Assembly (NCBI GenBank): GCA_046758745.1
Contig: JBHIAV010000024.1
Coordinates: 1-43,608 of the forward strand
DNA from: Gemmatimonadota bacterium
GTDB lineage: Bacteria > Gemmatimonadota > Gemmatimonadetes > Palauibacterales > Palauibacteraceae
Length of the DNA stretch: 43,608 nt
Direction: 5' to 3'
Part shown: positions 9,318 to 19,387 of the stretch, one piece after another
Position numbering within the stretch: the first letter of the stretch is position 1
How the letters are laid out: each line of letters starts with the position of its first letter
The notes under the pieces: model-generated
Seen by the model: only the letters and a program-made list of their open reading frames with translations
The model's database searches: none
Told to the model about the DNA's origin: nothing
Program-made: the position numbers and the translations under genes

Positions 9318-10420
9318 GGTTCCGAAAAGTAGTCGACCGCCGGCTTCCTCTCGCCGAAAGCATCCACCAATCCCCGGATCCCTCCGAGCGGGTTGCTCCG
9401 GATCAGATCGTCCTGAAGCTGATAGATGATGATCCCGGAGATGGCGTCGGAGAGACGGGTCGAGCGGTAGGCCTCCACCAGCGACCGCTGTTCCTGGCCC
9501 ACGAGAGCTCTCCTCAGCTTTCGCTGATCCGCGTCCCGGTCGTAGGCGCTGGAATACAACGGGAAACCGAACTCGGTGACCAGAAAGGACGCTCCGTATT
9601 CCTCGTGCAGCTCTTCCAGCCGAGACAGGACCGCCGACAGCGAGGCGTCGGCGACCTTGCCCTCTCGTCGAATCTTCACCTTGCCCGGCTTCATCATGTT
9701 CATGTGAATGCCGATCGCATCGACCTGACGGTAGACGCCGGATTCCAGAAGACGTTCGATGAAATCGAAGTCCACATACGCCGTTCCGCCGGTGACGATA
9801 TAGCTGCTACTGTCGGCGCTTCGGATCGCCGGCGCCACCCTTTCGGCCAGGGCGATGAAGTCCTCGACCGACGGCTCGGGCTTCCAGAAGGGATCGTGAT
9901 TCGGTTCGTTCCAGATCTCCCACACCGCCACCTCCGCGGCGAGCTGGCCGGCGAGAAACGAAGCGTACGCGACGAACGCGTCCCGATTCGCCTCGGTCGC
10001 CACTCCGGCGATGCACTGTCCGCCTCGCACGTGCGCGCCTTCCCGGCACGACTCGGCGCGGGTCGTGTGGTTGTACCCGAGCACGACGGCCAGTTGTGTC
10101 CCGTTCTCTCTCGCGATGGCGCGAATCCGGTCGTACTTGTCGGGGACTCGAAGCGGCCCTTCCTCCGGCTCCACGTCCATCCAGTAGATCGGAGTTCGGA
10201 GTATGGGGCGAAACCGCTCGATGAACTCGAGGCTCGCCGGGCGTAGCACGAGACCGTGCGCCGCGTGCACCGCCACGCCGAAGAGCTTGGGTTCCTGCGG
10301 TCTCGACAGGTTCGCGCTCGCCGTACCGCGCAGACCGCTCTCCGCCGGCCGACAGCCGGACGCGAGGACGCCCGCGGCGGCCGCCCCCAGGAACACGGCC
10401 TTCGCTCCACGCAGGATCAT
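9314..10420 (-). CDS. Clan GH-A glycoside hydrolase (GH39/GH5-like), predicted lipoprotein
   Basis: WEIWNEPN acid/base motif, LVTEFG nucleophile motif, signal peptide with lipobox LASGC; ATG 10420 overlaps the upstream stop (ATGA). Confidence 0.75.
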   Translation of the reverse strand: MILRGAKAVFLGAAAAGVLASGCRPAESGLRGTASANLSRPQEPKLFGVAVHAAHGLVLRPASLEFIERFRPILRTPIYWMDVEPEEGPLRVPDKYDRIRAIARENGTQLAVVLGYNHTTRAESCREGAHVRGGQCIAGVATEANRDAFVAYASFLAGQLAAEVAVWEIWNEPNHDPFWKPEPSVEDFIALAERVAPAIRSADSSSYIVTGGTAYVDFDFIERLLESGVYRQVDAIGIHMNMMKPGKVKIRREGKVADASLSAVLSRLEELHEEYGASFLVTEFGFPLYSSAYDRDADQRKLRRALVGQEQRSLVEAYRSTRLSDAISGIIIYQLQDDLIRSNPLGGIRGLVDAFGERKPAVDYFSEP

Positions 10421-11751
10421 GCCCCTACCGCGGCTGTCCGCCGGGAAGTGTCGGCCTCGGTCATCGATCTCCGCACGTGATAGGATAGGATCAGAGCGAC
10501 GGCCAGGAAGAAGCCGCCGACGTGGATGTTGATCATCGCGACGGCGGGATATGCCCCGAAGATGCCGGCCAGGGCCACCCACCAGTACTCGCCTGTGCGC
10601 CGCACCCGGTTCAGCGCGAACGAAAACAACCCGACGAAGAAGCTACAGAAGAGGAGCAGACCGACCAACCCGGAATACAGAGCGATGTCGAGAAAGGTGT
10701 TGTCGAAGATCAGCGCTTCCGTGTTCTTCAGCTCCGCGAACCTGTCGCCCTGCATGATTCCCCGCCCGAGGAGGAGCGACTGCACGTCGGGCGCGTCCAG
10801 GAAGTAGGTCCTCAGGACAAACAGCTGGCCAGCAAGCCGCAGGCCGAACGATCTCAGGCTCAGCAGCCCTTCGGCCCCGGACCGGGCGGACGCGAGGAAG
10901 TATCCAACCACCGTCCCGAACACGATCAACCCCGTCGCCACGGAGGTGAAGATGATCCGGCGGTTCGCTACCCCCTTCCGGAGTGCCACGGGAATGAGCC
11001 CGACCCCGGCCGAGGTCAGCGCGAATTCCAGGTACGTGTTCCGCGTGAACGTGCTCAGCGCGGCCAGTGCGGACGCGACGTAGAGCATCAGGAAGAGCCC
11101 GGCATGCCGGCGCTCCCGCGAGACCAGAAGGTAGGCGAGCGAAAGCGCGCCGATCAGCGAGATGTAATGGCCGTACTCGAAGCTCGAGCCGAATATGCTG
11201 AAGGCTCTGACGCGCTCCCCGGCGAGGAGAACGTAGCTTTGGACCGTGAGGGCGTCTGGAATCTCGACGGGGATGATGGGGTGGTTGGCCAGGGCCTGCA
11301 CGTAACCGAGGAGGAAGATCGGGGGAGCCGTCAGATACAGCGCCCGATACATCGCGTGGGACGGGATCGTGCGCTCGCCGTCGACGATGTCGTAGTAGGC
11401 GACCAAGGCGAGAAAGGTCACGAGAATGAAGAAGTGGTGGAAGGTCTCCGCGTAGAGGAGCGCCGAAAGATGACGCGAGTCGGAGAAGAGATGGAGACCT
11501 ACGCCGGTGAGTATGAAAAGGCAGTAGACGAGCGCCACCCAGAGCAGGGCGTCGGGTGTCCCGTAGATCGTCGGTGTGTAGAGGAAGATCAGGAGCGCCA
11601 GCCAAACGAGGACGACGAAGCCCGTGTACTTGATGTAGGCGGACGGGGCCACGACCTTGCCGAAGAGCAAGTACTGAAGCTGCAGCTGCCCGGAATCGAA
11701 GAGAAGAACCAGCAGATAGGCGACGGCCAGCGAGGCGACTACGCGCCGCAT
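10417..11751 (-). CDS. Polytopic membrane protein, probable Wzy polymerase / O-antigen ligase family
   Basis: About 10-12 hydrophobic segments, RVRAFSIFGS, STFTRN, late periplasmic loop ending LGRG...DNTFLDIALYSGLVG; located among GTs and wzx. Confidence 0.72.
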   Translation of the reverse strand: MRRVVASLAVAYLLVLLFDSGQLQLQYLLFGKVVAPSAYIKYTGFVVLVWLALLIFLYTPTIYGTPDALLWVALVYCLFILTGVGLHLFSDSRHLSALLYAETFHHFFILVTFLALVAYYDIVDGERTIPSHAMYRALYLTAPPIFLLGYVQALANHPIIPVEIPDALTVQSYVLLAGERVRAFSIFGSSFEYGHYISLIGALSLAYLLVSRERRHAGLFLMLYVASALAALSTFTRNTYLEFALTSAGVGLIPVALRKGVANRRIIFTSVATGLIVFGTVVGYFLASARSGAEGLLSLRSFGLRLAGQLFVLRTYFLDAPDVQSLLLGRGIMQGDRFAELKNTEALIFDNTFLDIALYSGLVGLLLFCSFFVGLFSFALNRVRRTGEYWWVALAGIFGAYPAVAMINIHVGGFFLAVALILSYHVRRSMTEADTSRRTAAVGA

Positions 11752-11764
11752 CGTGCTCCCAGCG

Positions 11765-12952
11765 TCACTTCATCCACCGGCGGCGGAACTCTGCTCGAGT
11801 CTCCGCGCTCGCGCCGGCGCGGTACTCGGCCGCAACCTCCCCGAGGGAGGAGAGCCAGTCACGGACACCCAGCCCCGGTGCCGCCAGGGCGAGGGGCAGC
11901 AGACGAACCGCGTCCAGCAGCAGTGTCGGCAGGCTGGCCAGCCGCGGCCACCACCGCGCGGTGAGTCGCATCTTGTTGCCGCGGGCGATGAACGCGATCC
12001 GACGGTTCTTGCGCGGCGATGAGACGCCGCGCTTGTGATACACCTTGGACGCGACGCTCAGCCGCGCGGAGTAGCCCGCCCGCCGCAGCCGGAACGCCAG
12101 GTCGGAGTCCTCGTTGATCAGGAAGAAGGCCTCGTCGAAAGCTCCGGCGGCCCGCAGCGCATCGGAGCGATAGAGGGCCGACGCGGCGCAGCAGCCGAAG
12201 ATCTCACGGTCCTCGATGGAGCTCTCGACCTTCGAGGCGGACTCGCCGAGCAGCGTGTCCCGAGCTCCACCCCGCCGGCGAAGCTCGATCCCCGCCGAGT
12301 CGATCCGGTCGCGATCCTCGAACTGGAGCAGCAGGGACTGGACGGATCCGATCCCCTCCTCGCGCTCGATGCTCGATACGAGTCGGCTGAGCGTCTCGGG
12401 CGCCACCGTGGTGTCGTTGTTCAGGGTCCAGATGTAGCGAAAGTCCGCCGAGGATCCCAGCGCGTAGCGGATTCCGACGTTGTTGCCGGCCGAGAACCCC
12501 AGATTCTCGCCGTTGTCGATCAGGACGAGCGGTCGGCGGTCTGCCCGGCCCCCCGGGTTGCCGTCCCCTTCCCGGGCCTCCCGCCCCTCACTTTCCACGA
12601 GCCGATCGCCGGCTCGCACCAGGGTGCGCCAACCGTGCCGTTGGGCGAACGTCGAGCTTCGAAGCCGCTCCAGCGAGTCGTCGGTCGAACCGTTGTCGCA
12701 CACGATGACCTGGAACTCCGGGTGATCGAGGGCGTCCAGCGAACGGAGACACTCGCACGTGTCCCGCCAACCGTTCCAGTTGAGGATGACGACCGCCACG
12801 GCGGCCCGTCCCGTGGCAGCGTCGGAATCCACGGAGCCGGCCGCCACGGGACCGCCCTGCGCGCGTGGCTCAGCCTTGCTCATTCGGAAGCTCGCGCATC
12901 CGGACCCACCCTGGCATTCCTGCGCCTTCGACCGCGCACTCTCGCTCTGCAT
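11765..12952 (-). CDS. Glycosyltransferase family 2 (rhamnosyltransferase-like); true start may be ATG 12883
   Basis: VVILNWNG, CDNGSTD, NLGFSAGNNVGI, LNNDT, FDEAFFLINEDSDL. Confidence 0.88.
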   Translation of the reverse strand: MQSESARSKAQECQGGSGCASFRMSKAEPRAQGGPVAAGSVDSDAATGRAAVAVVILNWNGWRDTCECLRSLDALDHPEFQVIVCDNGSTDDSLERLRSSTFAQRHGWRTLVRAGDRLVESEGREAREGDGNPGGRADRRPLVLIDNGENLGFSAGNNVGIRYALGSSADFRYIWTLNNDTTVAPETLSRLVSSIEREEGIGSVQSLLLQFEDRDRIDSAGIELRRRGGARDTLLGESASKVESSIEDREIFGCCAASALYRSDALRAAGAFDEAFFLINEDSDLAFRLRRAGYSARLSVASKVYHKRGVSSPRKNRRIAFIARGNKMRLTARWWPRLASLPTLLLDAVRLLPLALAAPGLGVRDWLSSLGEVAAEYRAGASAETRAEFRRRWMK

Positions 12953-13058
12953 TGTAGTGGGATCGGCCCGACCTGGCGACGGTGCGACGAGCGCCGCCGG
13001 CCGGCGCGGAGACCTCGAAGACCGATCGGCGCTCGCGGACGGGGTTCGTCGTCGTGAC

Positions 13059-14381
13059 TCACCGAAACGCTCTCGGTACGGCCCACTCGAACACCCTGAT
13101 GCCGAGCAATCTCCGCACGAATACGGTCAGCGCGATGTTGTGGGCGACGAGCGAGATCGAAGTGGCAACCGCGGCGCCGTGCAGTCCGAAGGGCGGGATC
13201 AGCAGGACGTTGAGGGCGACGTTCAACGTGGCCGCGGCGATGATGAGGTTACGGGTCGCGCGTTCGTGGGCGCTCATCATCAGCAGATTGCCCACCGACC
13301 CGGTCGCCACGTTGACGAACTGGCCGAAGGCGAGAATCGCAAGGACGATGCCGCCGCTTCCGAAATCGGATCCGAAGATGCTCATCACGCGGCTCGGGAA
13401 GGTGACGAAGAGGAGGAACGGAGGCGAAGCCAGCAGCAGCATCATCCGAGCCGACTGCTGGGCGGTGGAGGCGAGGGCCCTGGTGTCTCCCCGATTGTGG
13501 AGCTCGGCGAACTTCGGAGCCGCGATGCTGTTCACGGCTACCATGATGAAGCTCGTCAGGATCGCGGTGCGGGTGGCGACCGAGTAGATCCCGACCTCCG
13601 AGGAGGTCCGCCAGATGCCGAGAAGAACGGTCGAGGTCTGACCCATCACCAGGCTCAGCAGCGCCACCCAGAGCAGGGGGAGGCTGCTGTCCAGTAGCTC
13701 GCCGGGCCGGCAGTCCTGTCGCCCTTCGCGTAGCTGCGGGGTGGCCGAACGCCAGAGCCACAGCCCCACCAGGGCGGCCATGCAGGTCGCCGCGATGTAG
13801 GCCCACACCGCCCCGAGCAGGCCGCTTCGGCGGCCGAAGAGCAGCAGGAAAACGAGGGAGAGGCCGGGAATCGCGATGCCGCGGACGAGCTGGGAGTTGA
13901 GGATCCGCTTCAGCCCCTTCAGCAGCTCGGAATACAGGAAGGTCAGTACGACGGGAAGGATGGCGAGCGACATCCAGCGAAGCGGCCGGGTCAGGGCCGG
14001 CTTGGAGAACAGGACTTCGGAGATCCACGGGGCCGCGACGAAGACCACCGCGGCGACCGTCATGCTGGATACGAGCGCCGTCCCGATCCCGGTCCGATAC
14101 ACGCCGGCGAGCCTGGACCACTCTTTCTGCGAGGCGGAGGCGGCGGTGAGCCGCAACAGCACGTTGTCCAGGCCGAGCCTGCCGACCGCGACGGCGACCG
14201 TGACGACGGTGAGCGCCAGAAAGTAGAGCCCGGTCCCGTCGGTTCCGAGGATTCGGGCCAGCGCGATGTTGAACGACAGAGCGACGGCGGCTCCGGCCAC
14301 GCGGACCACGAAGGAGATCGACGCGCCGCGCACGATCTCGCGCATGTGCGTGTCCGGCCGTGTGACCGGCGGCAGTGTCAC
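13059..14381 (-). CDS. wzx: Wzx-type polysaccharide flippase (MOP superfamily)
   Basis: 12-14 TM pattern, ARILGTDGTGLY, VGIYSVA, LIPPFGLHGAAVATS; GTG 14381 overlaps the rfbD stop (alternative ATG 14345). Confidence 0.88.
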   Translation of the reverse strand: MTLPPVTRPDTHMREIVRGASISFVVRVAGAAVALSFNIALARILGTDGTGLYFLALTVVTVAVAVGRLGLDNVLLRLTAASASQKEWSRLAGVYRTGIGTALVSSMTVAAVVFVAAPWISEVLFSKPALTRPLRWMSLAILPVVLTFLYSELLKGLKRILNSQLVRGIAIPGLSLVFLLLFGRRSGLLGAVWAYIAATCMAALVGLWLWRSATPQLREGRQDCRPGELLDSSLPLLWVALLSLVMGQTSTVLLGIWRTSSEVGIYSVATRTAILTSFIMVAVNSIAAPKFAELHNRGDTRALASTAQQSARMMLLLASPPFLLFVTFPSRVMSIFGSDFGSGGIVLAILAFGQFVNVATGSVGNLLMMSAHERATRNLIIAAATLNVALNVLLIPPFGLHGAAVATSISLVAHNIALTVFVRRLLGIRVFEWAVPRAFR

Positions 14382-15268
14382 GTGACGGGTTTGGTGAGCC
14401 GAGCGACCGTCTCCGTAAGACGCCGTTGCCAGGAGGGCTGCTCCAGGCCGAAGACTCGAGCGATACGGCTGCACTCGAGCACGGAATTGCGCGGCCGTAG
14501 CGCCCGTGCGGGATAGCGATCGGCCGGGATCGGCTTGAGCGTCTTCACGCGGAGCCGTCGTCGTCGTCGAGCTTCCCGAAAGACAGCCTCCGCGAAGCCA
14601 TACCAGGTCGTAGGGGGTGTGCCGCAGTAGTTGTAGGTGCCCCAGGACTCGAAGTCCGGCCCCTGGATCTGCGCAGAGACGTGGAAGAGCGCGGCCGCGA
14701 CGTCCGCCGCCGCGGTCGGGCAGCCCCGCTGATCCGCCACCACGCAGAGCGCCGCCCGCTCCCCTCCGAGCCGAAGCATCGTCTTGACGAAGTTCCTTCC
14801 GTGCCGGCTGAACACCCAGGAGGTCCGGATGATCAGATGGCGACGCGCGCTTGACCGGACGGCCTCCTCGCCGGCGAGCTTGCTGGCGCCGTAGACGCTG
14901 ATCGGGTTGGGGGGGTCGTCCTCGGTATACGGTTCGACCTTGGAACCGTCGAACACGTAGTCCGTGGAGATGTGAATGAGCGGAATGTCGAGCTCGGCGC
15001 AGACGGCTGCCAGGTTGGCCGCTCCATCGCGGTTCACGGCGAAGGCTCGCTCGCGTTCATCTTCCGCCAGGTCCACGCCGGTGAAGGCTGCCGCATTGAT
15101 GACGGCCGTGAGGTCCGTGTTCGCCCGCAACGTCCTGCGGACCGCGGTCACGTCGGTGATGTCGAGCTCGCCGTGCGGGAGCGCGACGAGGTTTCCCTCC
15201 TGCGTCCGGGCAAGATCGGTCAGTTCGTGCCCGAGCTGACCGCCGCTTCCCGTGAGCAGGAGCTTCAC
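14378..15268 (-). CDS. rfbD: dTDP-4-dehydrorhamnose reductase
   Basis: LLTGSGGQLG, NAAAFTGVD, HISTDYVFDG, YGASKLAGE; GTG 15268 overlaps the rfbC stop. Confidence 0.95.
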   Translation of the reverse strand: MKLLLTGSGGQLGHELTDLARTQEGNLVALPHGELDITDVTAVRRTLRANTDLTAVINAAAFTGVDLAEDERERAFAVNRDGAANLAAVCAELDIPLIHISTDYVFDGSKVEPYTEDDPPNPISVYGASKLAGEEAVRSSARRHLIIRTSWVFSRHGRNFVKTMLRLGGERAALCVVADQRGCPTAAADVAAALFHVSAQIQGPDFESWGTYNYCGTPPTTWYGFAEAVFREARRRRRLRVKTLKPIPADRYPARALRPRNSVLECSRIARVFGLEQPSWQRRLTETVARLTKPVT

Positions 15269-15828
15269 GGCGCGTATCGAGGCAACACGCCGCTCGCTTC
15301 CAGCTCCTCGAGGGTTCTTCCGGCCGCGTCCTTGGCGGAGAGTGAAGGTCGCTCCACCGGCCACTCGATGCGCAGCGCCGGATCGTTCCAGATCAGCGCG
15401 TGCTCGCTTTCGGGGTGGTAGTACTCCGTGCACTTGTACTGGAAATCCGCCCAGTCGCTGGTCACCATGAATCCGTGCGCGAAGCCGGGAGGGATGTAAA
15501 GCTGCATGTGGTTCTCCGCCGACAGGTAGGTCCCGAACCAGCGCCCGAAGCCCGGTGATCCCACCCGAACGTCCACGACCACGTCGAACACCTCGCCGGC
15601 CGAGGCGCGCACGAGCTTGCCCTGCGCGTGCGGACTCTGAAAGTGTAGGCCCCGCAGGGTACCGCGCTCGGATCTGGAGTGGTTGTCCTGGACGAACGTC
15701 TCTGCGATGCCCCCTCGCCGGTACCTCTCGCGCTGATAGCTCTCGAGGAAGAAGCCGCGGCTGTCCCCGTATACCACGGGCTCCACCAGCAGGAGGCCCG
15801 GCAGGTCGTCGATGGCGCGAACCTTCAT
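15265..15828 (-). CDS. rfbC: dTDP-4-dehydrorhamnose 3,5-epimerase
   Basis: DSRGFFLE, QDNHSRS, LRGLHFQ, PPGFAHGF, YKCTEYY; ATG 15828. Confidence 0.96.
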   Translation of the reverse strand: MKVRAIDDLPGLLLVEPVVYGDSRGFFLESYQRERYRRGGIAETFVQDNHSRSERGTLRGLHFQSPHAQGKLVRASAGEVFDVVVDVRVGSPGFGRWFGTYLSAENHMQLYIPPGFAHGFMVTSDWADFQYKCTEYYHPESEHALIWNDPALRIEWPVERPSLSAKDAAGRTLEELEASGVLPRYAP

Positions 15829-16712
15829 CAATCGGGCTGGGGTCGATCGATCAGATGGAGCAAGTACTTGCCGTACCCGCTGTCGGTGAGAGGGTCGGCG
15901 AGCCGCGCCACCTGCGCGGCGTCGATGTAGCCCATTCGAAAGGCGATCTCCTCCACGCAGCAGATCTTGAGTCCCTGGCGCTGCTCGATGGTCTCCATGA
16001 AGGTGGCGGCCTGGAGCAACGACTCGTGCGTACCGGTGTCCAGCCACGCGTATCCGCGGCCGAGCTTCTCTACGAACAGGCTGTCTCGCTCCAGATAGGC
16101 TCGATTCACGTCGGTTATCTCCAGTTCCCCTCGTGCGGAAGGTCGGAGCTCGGCGGCGATGTCGAGAACGAGGCTGTCGTAGAAGTAGAGGCCGGTCACC
16201 GCGTAGTTGGACTTCGGTACGGCGGGTTTTTCCTCGATGCTCACGACCCGTCCGTCCTCGGCGAACTCCACGACGCCGTAGCGCGCTGGATCGCGGACCC
16301 AGTAGCCGAAGACCGTGGCACCCTCCTCGCGCTCCGAGGAGCGCCGCAGGACATCGGTCAGACCGTGCCCGTAGAAGAGGTTGTCACCCAGGATCAGCGC
16401 GCTGTGGTCCGGTCCGACGAAGTCCCTTCCGATGATGAACGCCTGGGCGAGGCCCTCCGGCTTCGGCTGCGTGGCGTAGCTGATCGCGAGCCCCCACTGC
16501 GACCCGTCCTTGAGGAGTTCCTGAAACAGGGGCTGGTCGTGCGGAGTGGTGATGACCAGGATGTCGCGGATGTCGGCCAGCATCAGGGTGGAGAGCGGGT
16601 AGTAGAGCATCGGCTTGTCGTAGACCGGCATGAGCTGCTTGCTGACCACGTGCGTGAGCGGGTAGAGCCGCGACCCGGAGCCGCCCGCCAGGATGATCCC
16701 CTTCCGTCTCAT
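15828..16712 (-). CDS. rfbA: Glucose-1-phosphate thymidylyltransferase
   Basis: [40 protein letters not shown]. Confidence 0.97.
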   Translation of the reverse strand: MRRKGIILAGGSGSRLYPLTHVVSKQLMPVYDKPMLYYPLSTLMLADIRDILVITTPHDQPLFQELLKDGSQWGLAISYATQPKPEGLAQAFIIGRDFVGPDHSALILGDNLFYGHGLTDVLRRSSEREEGATVFGYWVRDPARYGVVEFAEDGRVVSIEEKPAVPKSNYAVTGLYFYDSLVLDIAAELRPSARGELEITDVNRAYLERDSLFVEKLGRGYAWLDTGTHESLLQAATFMETIEQRQGLKICCVEEIAFRMGYIDAAQVARLADPLTDSGYGKYLLHLIDRPQPD

Positions 16713-16725
16713 CGCAGCTCCGCCG

Positions 16726-17784
16726 TCACAGCGTCCCCAAGCGCTCGCCCCGGTACACTCCGCTGCGCACGCGAGTCCACCAGCCCTCGTTCGCCAGGTA
16801 CCACGCCACCGTCTTTCGGAGTCCGCTCCGGAAGCTCTCCAGCGGGCGCCACCCGAGCTCTCGCTCGATCTTGCTGGCGTCGAGCGCGTAGCGCCGGTCG
16901 TGGCCGGGACGGTCGGGTACGAAGGTGATCTGCTCGCGGTAGCTTCGGCCGTCTTCTCTCGGGCTCAGCTCGCCGAGGAGGTCGCAGATCATTCGCACCA
17001 CCTCCAGGTTTTGCTGTTCGTTGTGGCCCCCGATGTTGTAGACCTCCCCGACCCGGCCCTTCTCCAGCACCGTTAGCAGGGCGCGTACGTGATCTTCCAC
17101 GTACAGCCAGTCCCGGACCTGAAGGCCGTCTCCGTATACCGGTAGCGGGCTTCCTTCCAGGGCGGAAAGGATCATGAGGGGGATGAGCTTCTCGGGAAAC
17201 TGGTAGGGTCCGTAGTTGTTGGAGCAGTTCGTGATGATGACCGGCAGTCCATAGGTACGGTGCCAGCTCCTCGCCAGGTGGTCGGAGGCTGCCTTGCTCG
17301 CGGCGTAGGGCGAGTTGGGCGCGTAGGCGGTCTCCTCCGTGAAGTAGTCGGTCTCTCCCAGGCTGCCGTACACCTCGTCCGTGGAAACGTGGTGGAAGCG
17401 AAAGCGGGCGGCCTCCTCCGGCTGGAGCGACAACCAGCAGGCGCGCGCCGCCTCGAGGAGGGTGAAGGTCCCCTCGATGTTGGTCCGGATGAAGTCCGCC
17501 GGACCGTCGATGGATCGATCCACGTGGGACTCCGCGGCTAGGTGAAGGACGGCGAGCGGGCGATGCTTCTCGAAGATTCGGGCGATTTCACGGGCGTCGC
17601 AGATGTTCACCTGCTCGAATGTGTAGCGCGGTGAGGCGGAGATGTCCTGCAGCGAGTCGAGATTCCCGGCGTAGGTGAGGCAATCGACGTTCACCACCGA
17701 ATGCTCGGTGTGCTGGATCAGGTGGCGAACCACCGCCGAGCCGATGAACCCGGCGCCTCCGGTGACGAGGATCGTATCAGGCAT
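16726..17784 (-). CDS. rfbB: dTDP-glucose 4,6-dehydratase
   Basis: [51 protein letters not shown]. Confidence 0.97.
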   Translation of the reverse strand: MPDTILVTGGAGFIGSAVVRHLIQHTEHSVVNVDCLTYAGNLDSLQDISASPRYTFEQVNICDAREIARIFEKHRPLAVLHLAAESHVDRSIDGPADFIRTNIEGTFTLLEAARACWLSLQPEEAARFRFHHVSTDEVYGSLGETDYFTEETAYAPNSPYAASKAASDHLARSWHRTYGLPVIITNCSNNYGPYQFPEKLIPLMILSALEGSPLPVYGDGLQVRDWLYVEDHVRALLTVLEKGRVGEVYNIGGHNEQQNLEVVRMICDLLGELSPREDGRSYREQITFVPDRPGHDRRYALDASKIERELGWRPLESFRSGLRKTVAWYLANEGWWTRVRSGVYRGERLGTL

Positions 17785-18134
17785 GCTCCGACTCGTGGGC
17801 TCTCGCGACTACCGGTCGACGCCGATGCACCGGCCTCCACAAACCTCGTGGACGGATGGCCCCGCGCCAGAGGGATGATCTGTCACATACTGTACTACGG
17901 CCGGGCCGGGAAGCACAACCTATAATCACCTTGTAGTCAGCTACTTGCCCGGTGTCGGGACTCGCTCGCGCCATGTCGGAGAGGATCCGGGCGGACACCG
18001 CGGCCGGTCGTCGGCCGTTGCCAGCCGGATGCGTGCAGGATAACGTCTTTCCCGCACGGATCCGAGAGTTTGTGCCCGCGGCTCGCCGGTTCGGCGAAGC
18101 GTGACGGGCGGTGTCTCCTCATCGTGCTTAGCCC

Positions 18135-19232
18135 ATGCTCGACACGCAGATCTCGTCATCCGGACCCTCAAGACGGCCTGCCGCGGAAGAGATCTCCTTG
18201 CTCAAGTTTCTGAACGTGCTTCTCGAGCACAGGCGTCTCGTGCTGGCGGCGCCGCTCGCGGCGATGCTCATCGTGGCTGCATGGGTGCTGATTCTGCCCC
18301 GAAAGTACACGGCGACGGCCTCGTTCATCGCCCAGAGCGAGCTCACCGAGTTGAGTCGTCTCTCGGGTCTGGCCGCCCAGTTCGGCTTCTCGCTTCCGGG
18401 AGACGCAGCCGGTCAGTCGCCGGAGTTCTATCGAGACCTGATCTCGACATCAATCATCCTGAAGCCGACGGTCGAGACCCGCTACTCTTTCGAATCCGAT
18501 GCGGGTGAAACCGTCTCCGGCGATCTCGTCGAGCTTCTCGACGTCGGGGGCGACACTCCGGAGCTTCGTCTCACGAACGCGATCGAGGACTTGCGCGACG
18601 CTACGACGGTGGACTCCGACCGCGAGACCGGCGTGATCACCGTACGGCTCACCGCCCGCTGGCCGCGGCTCGCCGAGCAGGTCCTGAGCCGCATGCTCGA
18701 GCTCGTGCATGAGTTCAACCTGAACACCCGCCAGTCGCAGGGACGCGCGCAGCGGGAGTTCATCGAGACCCGTCTCGAGGCGACGAAGAAGGACCTCGAG
18801 ATCGCCGAGGATAGTCTGGCGCAGTTCCTCGCGCAGAATCGGAAGTACGAGAACTCCCCCCAGCTTTCCTTCGAGCACGACCGATTGCAGCGCCAGGTCA
18901 CCCTTCGCCAGGGGGTGTTCAGTTCCCTGGCGCAGGCGTACGAGCAGGCGAAGATCGACGAGGTTCGAAACACGCCCGTGATCACGGTCGTGGTACCCCC
19001 GGAGGAGCCCGCGAAGCCCGATTCCCGGAACCTCGTCCTCAAGCTCCTCCTGGCCATCGGGATCGGGTGGATGGTCGGGGTGGTCCTGGCCTTCGGAAAC
19101 CAATCCCTGCGCCGTGTGCCGAATTTGAATCCGGCCGAATACCGGCAGTTCGTGGTGCTCCGCGAGCAGGCCGGAGATGAGGTGAGAGGGCTGATACGGC
19201 GGGTTCGGCGCAGAAAGACCGGTTCGCTCTGA
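18135..19232 (+). CDS. Polysaccharide co-polymerase / chain-length determinant (Wzz or Wzc N-terminal, GNVR-type), no kinase domain
   Basis: EISLL N-terminus, TM, PRKYTATA, coiled-coil region, VVPPEEPAKPDS then a second TM. Confidence 0.85.
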   Translation: MLDTQISSSGPSRRPAAEEISLLKFLNVLLEHRRLVLAAPLAAMLIVAAWVLILPRKYTATASFIAQSELTELSRLSGLAAQFGFSLPGDAAGQSPEFYRDLISTSIILKPTVETRYSFESDAGETVSGDLVELLDVGGDTPELRLTNAIEDLRDATTVDSDRETGVITVRLTARWPRLAEQVLSRMLELVHEFNLNTRQSQGRAQREFIETRLEATKKDLEIAEDSLAQFLAQNRKYENSPQLSFEHDRLQRQVTLRQGVFSSLAQAYEQAKIDEVRNTPVITVVVPPEEPAKPDSRNLVLKLLLAIGIGWMVGVVLAFGNQSLRRVPNLNPAEYRQFVVLREQAGDEVRGLIRRVRRRKTGSL

Positions 19233-19387
19233 GCGGGGGGCGCTGCGTGGACGAGAGCCGGCTTCCCCTCGCCGCCCCTTTCCGTCGTGCCCGCCGCTAG
19301 GCTCGAGTCGGGGGTGTCGGCCACCCTGGTCTTCTGCCGCTCGGCACCCCCTGGCCCGCGGCGCTCTCGGACTCGCCCCGCCCGACC

